Shown here: positions 1-10,692 of the stretch, one piece after another
Layout: each line of letters begins with the position of its first letter
Numbering within the stretch: the stretch's first letter is position 1
Assembly: GCA_964016885.1 (NCBI GenBank)
Contig: OZ024742.1
Span: 16,058,001-16,122,000 of the forward strand
Direction of reading: 5' to 3'
From: Eledone cirrhosa
Taxonomy: Eukaryota
DNA length: 64,000 nucleotides
The notes under the pieces: model-generated
The model's input: only the letters and a program-made list of their open reading frames with translations
Databases searched by the model: none
What the model was told of the DNA's origin: nothing
Position numbers and translations under genes: made by a program

Positions 1-414
1 TGTAATTCTTTTATGCTTACTGCCTCTGTAATTTGCCTAAACATTGCATCTTTTCTGTGTGTGGATTCTATTTTTATTTCTATGTTCTCTAATTTACCCT
101 TGTGTTCTATCTTAGCATGTTGGTAGAGTACAGATGATTCTTTATTATCTTGAAGGTCTCGCCAGTGTTCATTTATCCGTTCCCCTATACTACGAGCTGT
201 CTCACCTATGTACACTATATTTTTGTTTCTACATTGTCCTTCGGTACATCTTATGCTATACACTACATTTCTAGTTTTACAGTTAATATGGGGGCTTATT
301 TTACAGGTTATACATTTCTTATCTATACATGAGGGGCTTTGGAATGGGTATGTCTTGCTAATAAGTGTTTTTACGGAGGTACCTGGTCTTTCTACTATCT
401 TAATATTGTTGTAA
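1..414 (-). mobile_element. Penelope-like element fragment: linker Cys motif + GIY-YIG endonuclease (runs off the window edge)
   Basis: Manual minus-strand translation, absent from the ORF track (no start codon): YNNIKIVERPGTSVKTLISKTYPFQSPSCIDKKCITCKISPHINCKTRNVVYSIRCTEGQCRNKNIVYIGETARSIGERINEHWRD...DAMFRQITEAVSIKEL. The VVY..YIGET..R..EH..E pattern is the PLE GIY-YIG signature. Confidence 0.85.
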
Positions 415-477
415 TAATATTGCCAGAATTAATAACAGAACACACTCACTGTTTGGTTGGTTTTCGCTTCTGTATCT

Positions 478-920
478 TTTATATCAGTTAATTTATTCGG
501 TCCTCAATGTTTACCATTGACTGACCAACGGTCAAAAATACAGATATAATATAGACACAAACACATATATATAGTCTAAAAAAGTTCTTTCGTTGCACTG
601 CTGCAACATCGTCAGTGGTGCTATTACGTTTCCTTCTGTTGTATTGTATGTCTACGCCATCTTTATTTAATCTGTTTATTTATTTATTTATTTATTTATT
701 TATATATTTTTGTCTTCTTCTCTGAGCATGCGTTTGCGTGTGTGTATAGTGTTTGATGTGTGTACGTGTTTGCGTGACTGTGTTTTGGTTATTGTATTCT
801 ATCTTAGTTTACTAGTGTGTGTTTATATGTGTTTGTTGTTATTGTGCGTGTGTATATATTTATTTATTTATTTATTTATAATGGTAAACATTGAGGACCG
901 AATAAATTAACTGATATAAA
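478..920. repeat. Inverted repeat pair (41-bp arms) around a PLE terminal-repeat-like segment
   Basis: 478-518 tttatatcagttaatttattcggtcctcaatgtttaccatt is the reverse complement of 880-920. A diverged relative of 452-595 occurs at about 59266-59410. Confidence 0.75.
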
Positions 921-933
921 TATATATCTATAT

Positions 934-1444
934 ATCTTATATATAAAGTGAAGTTGGGCGTTGTTTGGTGTACCGAACTTGCATGCTACACCGTTCATCC
1001 AATTTTCATGAAACCTCACACATATATAAAACTCAACGCGTAGAGTGGAATAGGCTACTTGAAAATTTCGAAAAATCGATAATCGGGACCCCAGAAGCCA
1101 AAAATCGATAGTTTCAAAAATCGATGAAACTCGACGCATGTGTGTATTTTGATCCGGGGATAAACGTGCGCTACATTAAATTTTCGAAAAATCGATAATT
1201 GGATCACCAGAGGCAAAAATCAGGACAACTCTAACTTACTCTCTTCCCTCCCTTCCACCTCACTGGCGCAGCCACACCTCCTGCCTGCTGATAAAATACA
1301 TAGATAGATTAACACACACATATATAGTTATGTATATACTCTCTTTCCCTCTCTTCCACCTCACTGGCGCAGCCAAAACCTCCTGCCTGCTGATAAAATA
1401 CATACATAGATAAACACACACATATATAGTTATGTATATATGTA

Positions 1445-1485
<41 letters not shown>

Positions 1486-2725
1486 ATATATATGTGTGTA
1501 TGTATATACATGTCGTCCCACTGCATCGTCATGCCTCACCATGTCGCATCCATGCTCTGTCAGCCACCATGCCCTCCCGTTCCCTCTCCAATACCCGCAC
1601 GACTTGGTCCTTCACGAGTGCCATGGTTCACCATGCGGAATCCCTGCAACCGTCAATCCCGGCCATCTCCCTTCCCTGCACGCCGTCGTCCCACTGCATC
1701 GTCATGCATCACCATGCCGCATCAATGCTCTGTCAGCCGCTATCCCCTCCTTGGCTCTTTCTTTTTCCTGCCCGCAGTGCTCCTTCAAGACTACCATGGA
1801 TCACCATGCGGCATCCTTGCCACCGTCCACTCCTGCCCTCTTCCTTGCCTGCTGGCCGTCGCCCCACTACATCTTCATGCCTCAGGATGCCGCCTCCATG
1901 CACTGTCAGCCACCATCCCATCCTCGGCCCTTTCTTTTGCCTGACCGCCGTGCTCCTTCAAGACTCCCATGGCTATCTATGCCGCATCAATTCCTTGCCA
2001 CCCGCTTAAACGTCATCAGTATGGCTTATTGTTGCCTCATTTGATCACCGATTTTCGCAGGCTAAACACAATACCAACGTGCACGATAGTCGATGGTAAA
2101 TCTTTTTAATTACATGTTCTTGAGGCTGTTGCAAAGGGCAATAACCCTAGACGCAATTTTGATCAACTTTTTTTCACATATAGCAAATTTACTGGAACAG
2201 GTCTTTAGCTACTCAAATCTACTTCAGAGGTCACGCGTTCATGTAAGAAATCAATAAAACTGAAGCGGGGGTTCGACTTTGCGCAAAAAACAAGGCAAAG
2301 TTGCAGATGGGATAATTTTTTACAGGAACGTCCGATTTTCGTGAAAACTGTCGCAAATGAATCGTCCATTAGGCCGCGATTCAGATAAAGGCCCCTTTAT
2401 TTCTTCTTCTGCACATGTGAGCGCCAAAATTGTAAAAAAAAAAAATATTTGAATAAATCGACTTTTACACCCTGCTTTAAAAATCAACTGAAAATTCAAT
2501 TTCAAGTGAATTTGACTTCCGTCAGTCTTGCAGAGAACAATTTCAACGATACACTGTGAACCTACAATTGATCCATTATTTATGCTCAATTACACACCTG
2601 CGTAGACTAACCTCTGTTTTTTTCCTTGAGGTTCGAAGGTTTTTGCACCTGTGATACGCGGGAAGTAACTTTCAAACATTTTAACAACAGACCAAAGTTC
2701 GACTTAACGCCCGGTACTGCTGCTA

Positions 2726-2727
<2 letters not shown>
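934..2727 (+). mobile_element. Non-autonomous Helitron-like element with internal tandem repeats
   Basis: Starts atcttatatataaagtgaagtt and ends cgcccggtactgctgctatt (degenerate CTAGT-type end). Internal ~100-bp duplication (1241/1341) and ~173-bp GC-rich units at 1512, 1685 and 1858. Same terminal style as 4098-4715. Confidence 0.5.
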
Positions 2728-2756
<29 letters not shown>

Positions 2757-2877
2757 AATATATATATATATTTATATATATATAAATATATATCTATATA
2801 TATAAATATATATATAGATATATATTTATATATATATAAATATATCTATATATAAATATATATCTATATATATATAT

Positions 2878-3132
2878 CAATATGTTGAAAAGGTAACTCA
2901 CTAGAGAGAGATACAGTGCACTATCAATAAAACAGGGAAAAACAGATCACTTTGGATTTGTACGTGTGTTATATAGTTATAAAGGTATTTATTTACGCTT
3001 TAATTTATATTTTTAATTATCGTGTCTACTCTGCCTTTCATAGGTTATAGATTCCATACACTGGTGGTTTTTCCTTGTTCTATTGATAGCGCACTGTATC
3101 TCTCTCTAGTGTGTTACCTTTTCAACATATTG
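2878..3132. repeat. Inverted repeat insert between (TA)n tracts (~66-bp arms)
   Basis: caatatgttgaaaaggtaactcactagagagagatacagtgc... (2878-2943) is the near-perfect reverse complement of 3067-3132. Confidence 0.8.
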
Positions 3133-3255
3133 TATTTTAAAGAGCTCAGGATTTCTTCTCCTTTGAGCACATTATTTACAGGGAACGGCGAGATCTATAG
3201 CTCCGTTAATGTATCTATATATATATCTATATTTATATCTATCTATCTATATATA

Positions 3256-3330
<75 letters not shown>

Positions 3331-3338
<8 letters not shown>

Positions 3339-3572
3339 TAAAATAACAGATTAAAGTTTAAGCAAAGAATCGCTGCTTTCACCCTTAACGGGATCTTCTG
3401 AAACTAAAAATGTCAATCTGTAAACGCAGAAGTGAATATTTCAAAAAAACGTTGCAACCGGAGGAAGGCAGGAAGACGATACGAAATATTTGCTCTACGG
3501 TTCTTATATATTTGATATATATTTATCCTTATCGAGCCCTCTTTGGATTTTAGTCTTCAAATTTATTATTAT

Positions 3573-3578
<6 letters not shown>
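3331..3578. mobile_element. Collapsed copy of the 59768-60708 inverted-repeat element
   Basis: 3331-3482 matches 59768-59918 and 3484-3578 matches 60615-60708; flanked by (TA)n on both sides. Confidence 0.8.
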
Positions 3579-3635
<57 letters not shown>

Positions 3636-3667
3636 AAAATTGCAAACTTGACTGTCACCACAGAATA

Positions 3668-3706
3668 TGAACCTGAGGATTGCGAAAGCATGAATGTACT
3701 TGTTCA
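3668..3706 (+). ncRNA. Minimal/degenerate type I hammerhead-like motif
   Basis: tgaac-CTGAGGA-ttgc-GAAA-gcatgaatgtac-TT-gttca. Stem I tgaac/gttca is perfect; only 4 nt lie in the stem II position. Confidence 0.45.
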
Positions 3707-3839
3707 ATTAACACTTAACATTTAATATTCTACCATACTATTTCATTCTAATACCATTATAAATTTTAAAGGATTGTAAATAAAATGAGTAAATCACACA
3801 AAGTTGGAATTCCTTTTATTAATATATATATATATATAT

Positions 3840-4074
3840 TTCCTGTCAGCATGACTTGGCAAGCTATTTAGAACGCTGGTTTAACAACTTTACTTCCCTC
3901 CGGAGAAGAGATATTATCTCGAAAATTAAGGATATTTAAATAAATTTAAGGTAAAAGACAACATCTTTTGCATTTGCATTTATATTTCATATCCATACCT
4001 GCATTGTTTTGGCTTTACAAATACAAACGTCTATACCTCATTACACAATGCTTCAAGTGAACTATAACTTCCTC

Positions 4075-4078
<4 letters not shown>
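3840..4078. repeat. Dispersed (TA)n-flanked repeat; also at 7370-7567 (direct) and 7160-7310 (inverted)
   Basis: Shared gcaagctatttagaac...gagatattatctcgaaaattaagga...tttggctttacaaatacaaacgt. 7160-7567 forms an inverted arrangement. Confidence 0.75.
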
Positions 4079-4097
<19 letters not shown>

Positions 4098-4108
<11 letters not shown>

Positions 4109-4715
4109 TGTAGTTCCTGTTTGGTTTGTTTGTTTGTTTGTTCACGAACTCCTCCTATGGTTTTGGAGATAGATCCCCATAGCCATATATATTCTGAAAC
4201 TACATTGCCCAGGGTACTTGGATAAGTATATTCCATTTTAATGAAAGGGTTCCCCGGGGCCACAAATCCCCGTTGAAAATGTTTTCCCTTCGATTTATAT
4301 GAAATTTAAATCATAGGTAAATGACAAGATATGATGCCTAATCACAAAATCTCAGCAAATTTCAATAATATTAAGACACCCTAATAGGTGTTAAACCCCT
4401 ATAGTGAAAATAATGGAGGCCCATAATTTCAGTATTGGAACCTCTATTATCACGGGGTTTTTCTATTAATTAAACGTAAATCAACAAAAAGCATCTCTCT
4501 TTTATTATAAAATTTGGATAATTTAGATATTTTATCTATGGAAAAACATCACTAGAATTATGACAATAAAAATTATTAATTAATGCCTCTACTTTTTTAA
4601 CATTTTCCCTTTATTTTTTCTCCATAAATTATATCACTGATTTAAAATCAATCATCATTTTCTTACGAAAAAAAAAAATGTGTGAAACGCAGCAAGGCGC
4701 GGGTAATTCGGCTAG
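4098..4715 (+). mobile_element. Non-autonomous Helitron-like element
   Basis: 5' atatataaagttgtagtt followed by (gttt)n; 3' end gcaaggcgcgggtaattcggCTAGt directly before (TA)n, a typical CTAG terminus after a GC-rich subterminal motif. Confidence 0.6.
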
Positions 4716-4740
4716 TATATATATATATATATATATATAT

Positions 4741-4805
<65 letters not shown>

Positions 4806-4847
4806 CCGAATTACACATTTTTTTAACGCTTGCTATAATAGGAAAAG

Positions 4848-5030
4848 AGTGATTGGCAGTATCGGTAGAGGGTCGGACGCCATGCTTTCCAGCATAGTTA
4901 CGTCCCTTTACGATCTGAGTTCAAATCCCGCCGAGGTTGACTTTGCCTTTTATCCTTACGGGGTCGATAAAATAAAGTACCAGTAATGCACTGGGTAATT
5001 GCTGGCCTTGTGCCTAAAGTAGAAACAATT
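4848..5030 (+). mobile_element. tRNA-derived SINE
   Basis: A-box-like tggcagtatcgg, B box gagttcaaatccc, body gactttgccttttatccttacggggtcgataaaataaagtaccag, 3' end ggccttgtgcctaaagtagaaacaatt; at least 5 copies in the window. Confidence 0.85.
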
Positions 5031-5044
5031 ATATATATATATAG

Positions 5045-5235
5045 GGCGGTGGATTGGCAGTATAGGTAGAGGGTCGGACGCCATGCTTTCTAGCATAATT
5101 ACGTCCCTTTACAGTCTGAGTTCAAATCCCGCCGTGGTTAACTTTGCCTTTCATCCTTACGGGGTCGATAAAATAAAGTACCAGTAATGTACTAGGTATT
5201 TGGTGGCCGTGTGCCTAAAGTAGAAACAATTATAT
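5045..5235 (+). mobile_element. tRNA-derived SINE (tandem second copy)
   Basis: Same A box, B box, body and tail as 4848-5030. Confidence 0.85.
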
Positions 5236-5351
5236 TATATATATATATAATGTTATTAAAACTCTTTTCCTAATATAGCAAGCGTTAAACTAATACATAT
5301 TTTCAATGTGCTGTATCTCTATTGTTTTTTTTCTGTACTTTTCGCACGCGT

Positions 5352-5481
<130 letters not shown>

Positions 5482-6498
5482 CTATATATATATATATAGT
5501 TCTTTTAATTGTTTAGTCTCAGGTCAACCCTGATCAAGCAGACCCCAGTCGTGATTATGTCATCTTGTTAGCGGTATATCCAGGACTACGTTCTCCAATG
5601 TATCCTTAAGAGCGCATCGGGTTACCTGAAGCTTATTTGGCTGTTTTTATGTTTGTAACACCTTATATTCACTCATGGAGATTAGTTATACTGGCTGGAA
5701 TATGGTAAAAAAAAAATTGTATATTTTATAGCTTTGTTTTCAATGTTCTTAATGTCATAACCATCCTTAATAGCGGATGGATATATATATATATATATAT
5801 ATATATAAATCAGGGTCGATGACCATTACTCAACAGCATTCGATACTTGGGGTTGTAGCGCATTGTTATATTATAAAGAGTCGGGACTCCGAAGGCTTTT
5901 GATATCCTGTATTAAGCGCCGAAACATCTATGATCTACGGTTTACAGCTGATGAAGGATTCTTTCGTCCATATTACCATCTTAAACTTTGTTTACAGTAA
6001 CCACACAACTCGTTTCGTTTCTTATAATTTTATATATATATATATATATATTTCAGTTTGTGTACCGAACTTATTCCATTGCTCATAATTTGAATTTGAT
6101 CGCCAAAAACCGGGTGTTAGCCCCTTTGGAGAAACATGTGCTCACTCACAACCAGCCTGGCGTCTGAACGGAAGCCTGTTGGGAAAGTAAATCCTCTGTT
6201 CGATCTTCCAGAACCAACAACTTGCATAAACCGCAAGCGGACTTTGTAGATTTCACATTTACAGAAACCTAACTGAGATATTGCAAAATATCGAAGTGAT
6301 GGTCCAGGTTTGTTATATATATATATATATGTATTTTTTATCGCGTGTCAATTCTTTCGTTGCTACGGTCCCCGCGGCTGAATTACCGGTCGCTATCTTC
6401 AATTTGCAAAGCCCTTTAAACGGAATGTTATTACTCTAAGGTTTTATACCTTATCGAGTGCTTAGCTGCACTTCTGATTGCATTCATTGGCTTAGCTG

Positions 6499-6535
6499 CG
6501 GCTCGAGCTTCGACTATGCTGTACTTCCATTTATA

Positions 6536-6616
<81 letters not shown>

Positions 6617-6644
6617 GGAAGTACAGCATAGTCGAAGCTCGAGC

Positions 6645-6646
<2 letters not shown>
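6499..6646. repeat. Inverted repeat (~35-bp arms) centred on a (TA)n tract
   Basis: cggctcgagcttcgactatgctgtacttccattt-(TA)n-aaatggaagtacagcatagtcgaagctcgagccg. Confidence 0.85.
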
Positions 6647-6687
<41 letters not shown>

Positions 6688-6695
<8 letters not shown>

Positions 6696-7141
6696 ATATT
6701 AACAAATGGAAACTATATTTATAAAACCATATTTATTTTATTATACATATTTCAAGGGCTACCAAGGCAAATTATGGTGCGCTTTCATCAGATAAAGTAC
6801 AATACAGATTTGTTTTATAAATAAATATTGACATACCCTGAAAAAGACAACCTTAACGGTTCCTATCCAGGAAGCTCCAACCGTTAAGGTTGTCTTTTTC
6901 AGGGTATGTCAATATTTATTTATAAAACAAATCTGTATTGTACTTTATCTGATGAAAGCGCACCATAATTTGCCTTGGTGGCCCTTGAAATATGTATAAT
7001 AAAATAAATATGGTTTTATAAATATAGTTTCCATTTGTTAATATATTGTATATTTACTCCACTAAACTGTTGAGTGCTTTATATCAGTTATAAAACATGT
7101 TAAGCTTGTTGAATCCCAACAAATTAAATATAACCTCTGCA
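6688..7141. mobile_element. Fold-back PLE pLTR-like insert with a hammerhead in each arm
   Basis: Arms 6688-6861 and 6879-7053 are reverse complements (17-nt spacer), with a unique tail to 7141; (TA)n on both sides. Family members at 12752-13073 and 63795-64000. Confidence 0.8.
6941..7006 (+). ncRNA. Type I hammerhead ribozyme motif (mirror copy on minus strand in left arm)
   Basis: tactttat-CTGATGA-aagcgcacca..tggtggccctt-GAAA-tatgta-TA-ataaaata. Stem I tttat/ataaa, quasi-palindromic stem III, AUA triplet. Confidence 0.65.
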
Positions 7142-7577
7142 TATATATATATATAGATATATATATAAAGGAGGAAGTTATAGTTCACTTGAACCATTGT
7201 GTAATGAGGTATAAACGTTTGTATTTGTAAAGCCAAAACAATGCAGGTATGGACATAGAATATAAATGCAAATGCAAAAGATATTGTTGACAATTAGTCT
7301 TTTACCTTAAATTTAAATGTCTTTAAATTTAAATGTCCTTAAATTTAAATGTCCTTAATAGCTTGCCAACTCATGATTGGCAAGCTATTTAGAACAATGG
7401 TTCAACCGCTTTACTTCCCTCCGAAAAAGAGATATTATCTCGAAAATTAAGGACATTTAAATAAATTTAAGGTAAAAGACTAATTGTCAACAATATCTTT
7501 TGCATTTGCATTTATATTCTATGTCCATACCTGCATTGTTTTGGCTTTACAAATACAAACGTTTATATATATATATG

Positions 7578-7830
7578 TTTATTAATGGATCATTCGGGGA
7601 AAGTCTGCAACAACAATAACACCTAGATGGCAGGCCGACCTCGAATCAAATATTTTTTCTGTTTGTGTATGCCATCATTCCTATATTTATTACCTAATTA
7701 TGTAATATGATGATGTCGCCAAGATATTACGTAACCAGGCCATTGAAATATATAATAGTGATTTTGCAACACTAATACTTTAAAGGAATATCACCAGTCC
7801 GGCCTTCTGTTGTTTCAATGAAACCTGTAT
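7578..7830. repeat. Dispersed repeat; inverted copy at 15244-15492
   Basis: ggatcattcggggaaagtctgc...tcaatgaaacctgtata is the reverse complement of 15244-15492. Confidence 0.8.
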
Positions 7831-7845
7831 ATATATTTTTTTTTA

Positions 7846-8637
7846 TATTAAAAAAAAGCCTTCGTGAGCCACCTTTTTTTAAGTAAAAAGAAATTCAAAC
7901 ACACACACACAACACACACACACACACACGCGCGCACACACACAAGCACACAAATAAACATACATATCTTTACATTCTTTATTCAATAGAAAATCTGAAT
8001 TCTGACACCCCAGCGAACTAACCATATTCACTGAACCAGAACAATTCTCCCATCCCTTTCTCTTGACCATTATCTTTCACTTATCATAAAATTCTCTAAA
8101 AAGGCTACAGAATGGATTTCCAACTAAGGGCGCGAACATTTAATGAAAACTTGTTCACGTTACAGCCATAATTTCATTTATAACCAATCAAATTACGCTT
8201 ATTTAAAAAAAAAGCTTTCGTGAGCCCCTTTTTCAAGTAAAAAGAAATTCAAACACTCATATATGAAAAAACAACCTGTGACACCCCCCTCTTATTTGAA
8301 GAACTATTGTAACGCTAACTGGCGCGAAATTTATTATAATTATTGATCAACCAATCAAATTACTTCTCGAAAAACCTGGCATTTCGAGCCACTTTTTCCA
8401 TATAAAACAAGTAACATTCAGAGACCAACCAGATGTGAGAAAAACCAGAGACCCTCTATCTCAACTCTACTTTTGAAAAGCAGAAGAACTGCGAAACCGG
8501 TAAAGGAACCAAATAAATATATATATATTTTTTTTAAAGAAGACTCCAGTTTCATTTTCGATTTCATCTTTTTTTCTTTATACTTTCACTCGTGTAGGAC
8601 ACCTCGTTTATTTTTAATTTCGTAAAAAAAACCTCAC

Positions 8638-8645
<8 letters not shown>
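7846..8645 (-). mobile_element. ~800-bp dispersed repeat (Helitron-like 5' end on minus strand); second copy at 54884-55652
   Basis: Collinear high-identity match including the internal (CA)n and the terminus cctcactttctaa-(TA)n. Confidence 0.7.
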
Positions 8646-8692
<47 letters not shown>

Positions 8693-8812
8693 TATAGACA
8701 TAGAATATTCGAAAATATTCTGTATGTTTATAATAAACATTTTGAAGACCTAATCGCTATAGAATAGAATACGTCACGTATTACAATTAGATTCTCGATA
8801 AAAGCAAGGGAA

Positions 8813-8855
8813 GTAATCTACGCGTTTCATTCTCGTTAGAAATCATCAGGACTAC
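8813..8855 (-). ncRNA. Type I hammerhead ribozyme motif (5 minus-strand copies: 8813, 9123, 9433, 9743, 10053)
   Basis: Reverse complement reads gtagtc-CTGATGA-tttctaacgagaat-GAAA-CGCG-TA-gattac. Confidence 0.8.
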
Positions 8856-10649
8856 ATATCCAGTGCTTTTATCGAGAATGACACAGCTAGAGACTTATAG
8901 AATACTTAGCTGTGTACAGGAACTGGTTTGAAAGAGCAGTTGCCGGTCCGGCAGAAATTAGAAATTGGAATAAATGCTCTGAAATAGCGATATATATGTG
9001 AATATAGACATAGAATATTCGAAAATATTCTGTATGTTTATAATAAACATTTTGAAGACCTAATCGCTATAGAATAGAATACGTCACGTATTACAATTAG
9101 ATTCTCGATAAAAGCAAGGGAAGTAATCTACGCGTTTCATTCTCGTTAGAAATCATCAGGACTACATATCCAGTGCTTTTATCGAGAATGACACAGCTAG
9201 AGACTTATAGAATACTTAGCTGTGTACAGGAACTGGTTTGAAAGAGCGGTTGCCGGTCCGGCAGAAATTAGAAATTGGAATAAATGCTCTGAAATAGCGA
9301 TATATATGTGAATATAGACATAGAATATTCGAAAATATTCTGTATGTTTATAATAAACATTTTGAAGACCTAATCGCTATAGAATAGAATACGTCACGTA
9401 TTACAATTAGATTCTCGATAAAAGCAAGGGAAGTAATCTACGCGTTTCATTCTCGTTAGAAATCATCAGGACTACATATCCAGTGCTTTTATCGAGAATG
9501 ACACAGCTAGAGACTTATAGAATACTTAGCTGTGTACAGGAACTGGTTTGAAAGAGCGGTTGCCGGTCCGGCAGAAATTAGAAATTGGAATAAATGCTCT
9601 GAAATAGCGATATATATGTGAATATAGACATAGAATATTCGAAAATATTCTGTATGTTTATAATAAACATTTTGAAGACCTAATCGCTATAGAATAGAAT
9701 ACGTCACGTATTACAATTAGATTCTCGATAAAAGCAAGGGAAGTAATCTACGCGTTTCATTCTCGTTAGAAATCATCAGGACTACATATCCAGTGCTTTT
9801 ATCGAGAATGACACAGCTAGAGACTTATAGAATACTTAGCTGTGTACAGGAACTGGTTTGAAAGAGCGGTTGCCGGTCCGGCAGAAATTAGAAATTGGAA
9901 TAAATGCTCTGAAATAGCGATATATATGTGAATATAGACATAGAATAATCGAAAATATTCTGTATGTTTATAATAAACATTTTGAAGACCTAATCGCTAT
10001 AGAATAGAATACGTCACGTATTACAATTAGATTCTCGATAAAAGCAAGGGAAGTAATCTACGCGTTTCATTCTCGTTAGAAATCATCAGGACTACATATC
10101 CAGTGCTTTTATCGAGAATGACACAGCTAGAGACTTATAGAATACTTAGCTGTGTACAGGAACTGGTTTGAAAGAGCGGTTGCCGGTCCGGCAGAAATTA
10201 GAAATTGGAATAAATGCTCTGAAATAGCGATATATATGTGAATATAGACATAGAATATTCGAAAATATTCTGTATGTTTATAATAAACATTTTGAAGACC
10301 TAATCGCTATAGAATAGAATACGTCACGTATTACAATTAGATTCTCGATAAAAGCAAGGGAAGTAATAAACGCGTAGATTACTTCCCTTGCTTTTATCGA
10401 GAATCTAATTGTAATACGTGACGTATTCTATTCTATAGCGATTAGGTCTTCAAAATGTTTATTATAAACATACAGAATATTTTCGAATATTCTATGTCTA
10501 TATTCACATATATATCGCTATTTCAGAGCATTTATTCCAATTTCTAATTTCTGCCGGACCGGCAACCGCTCTTTCAAACCAGTTCCTGTACACAGCTAAG
10601 TATTCTATAAGTCTCTAGCTGTGTCATTCTCGATAAAAGCACTGGATAT

Positions 10650-10692
10650 GTAGTCCTGATGATTTCTAACGAGAATGAAACGCGTAGATTAC
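10650..10692 (+). ncRNA. Type I hammerhead ribozyme motif (7 plus-strand copies, every 310 bp from 10650 to 12510)
   Basis: Stem I gtagtc/gattac, core CTGATGA (10656-62) and GAAA (10677-80), stem II ttct-aacg-agaa, palindromic stem III ACGCGT, GUA triplet (predicted cut after 10686). Confidence 0.8.

Noticed and set aside
5885-5975. CTGATGA and GAAAC boxes; similar partial cores near 3895-3935, 7415-7455, 7700-7760, 59505-59575 and 60150-60200
   Set aside because: Boxes are out of order, mutated or lack pairing stems; at best decayed hammerheads, so not called.
8690-10367. A second ribozyme in the opposite polarity of the 310-bp monomer (ttgaaga, ctgaaat)
   Set aside because: No matching GAAA box with closing stems found; no support for an ambisense viroid-like design.
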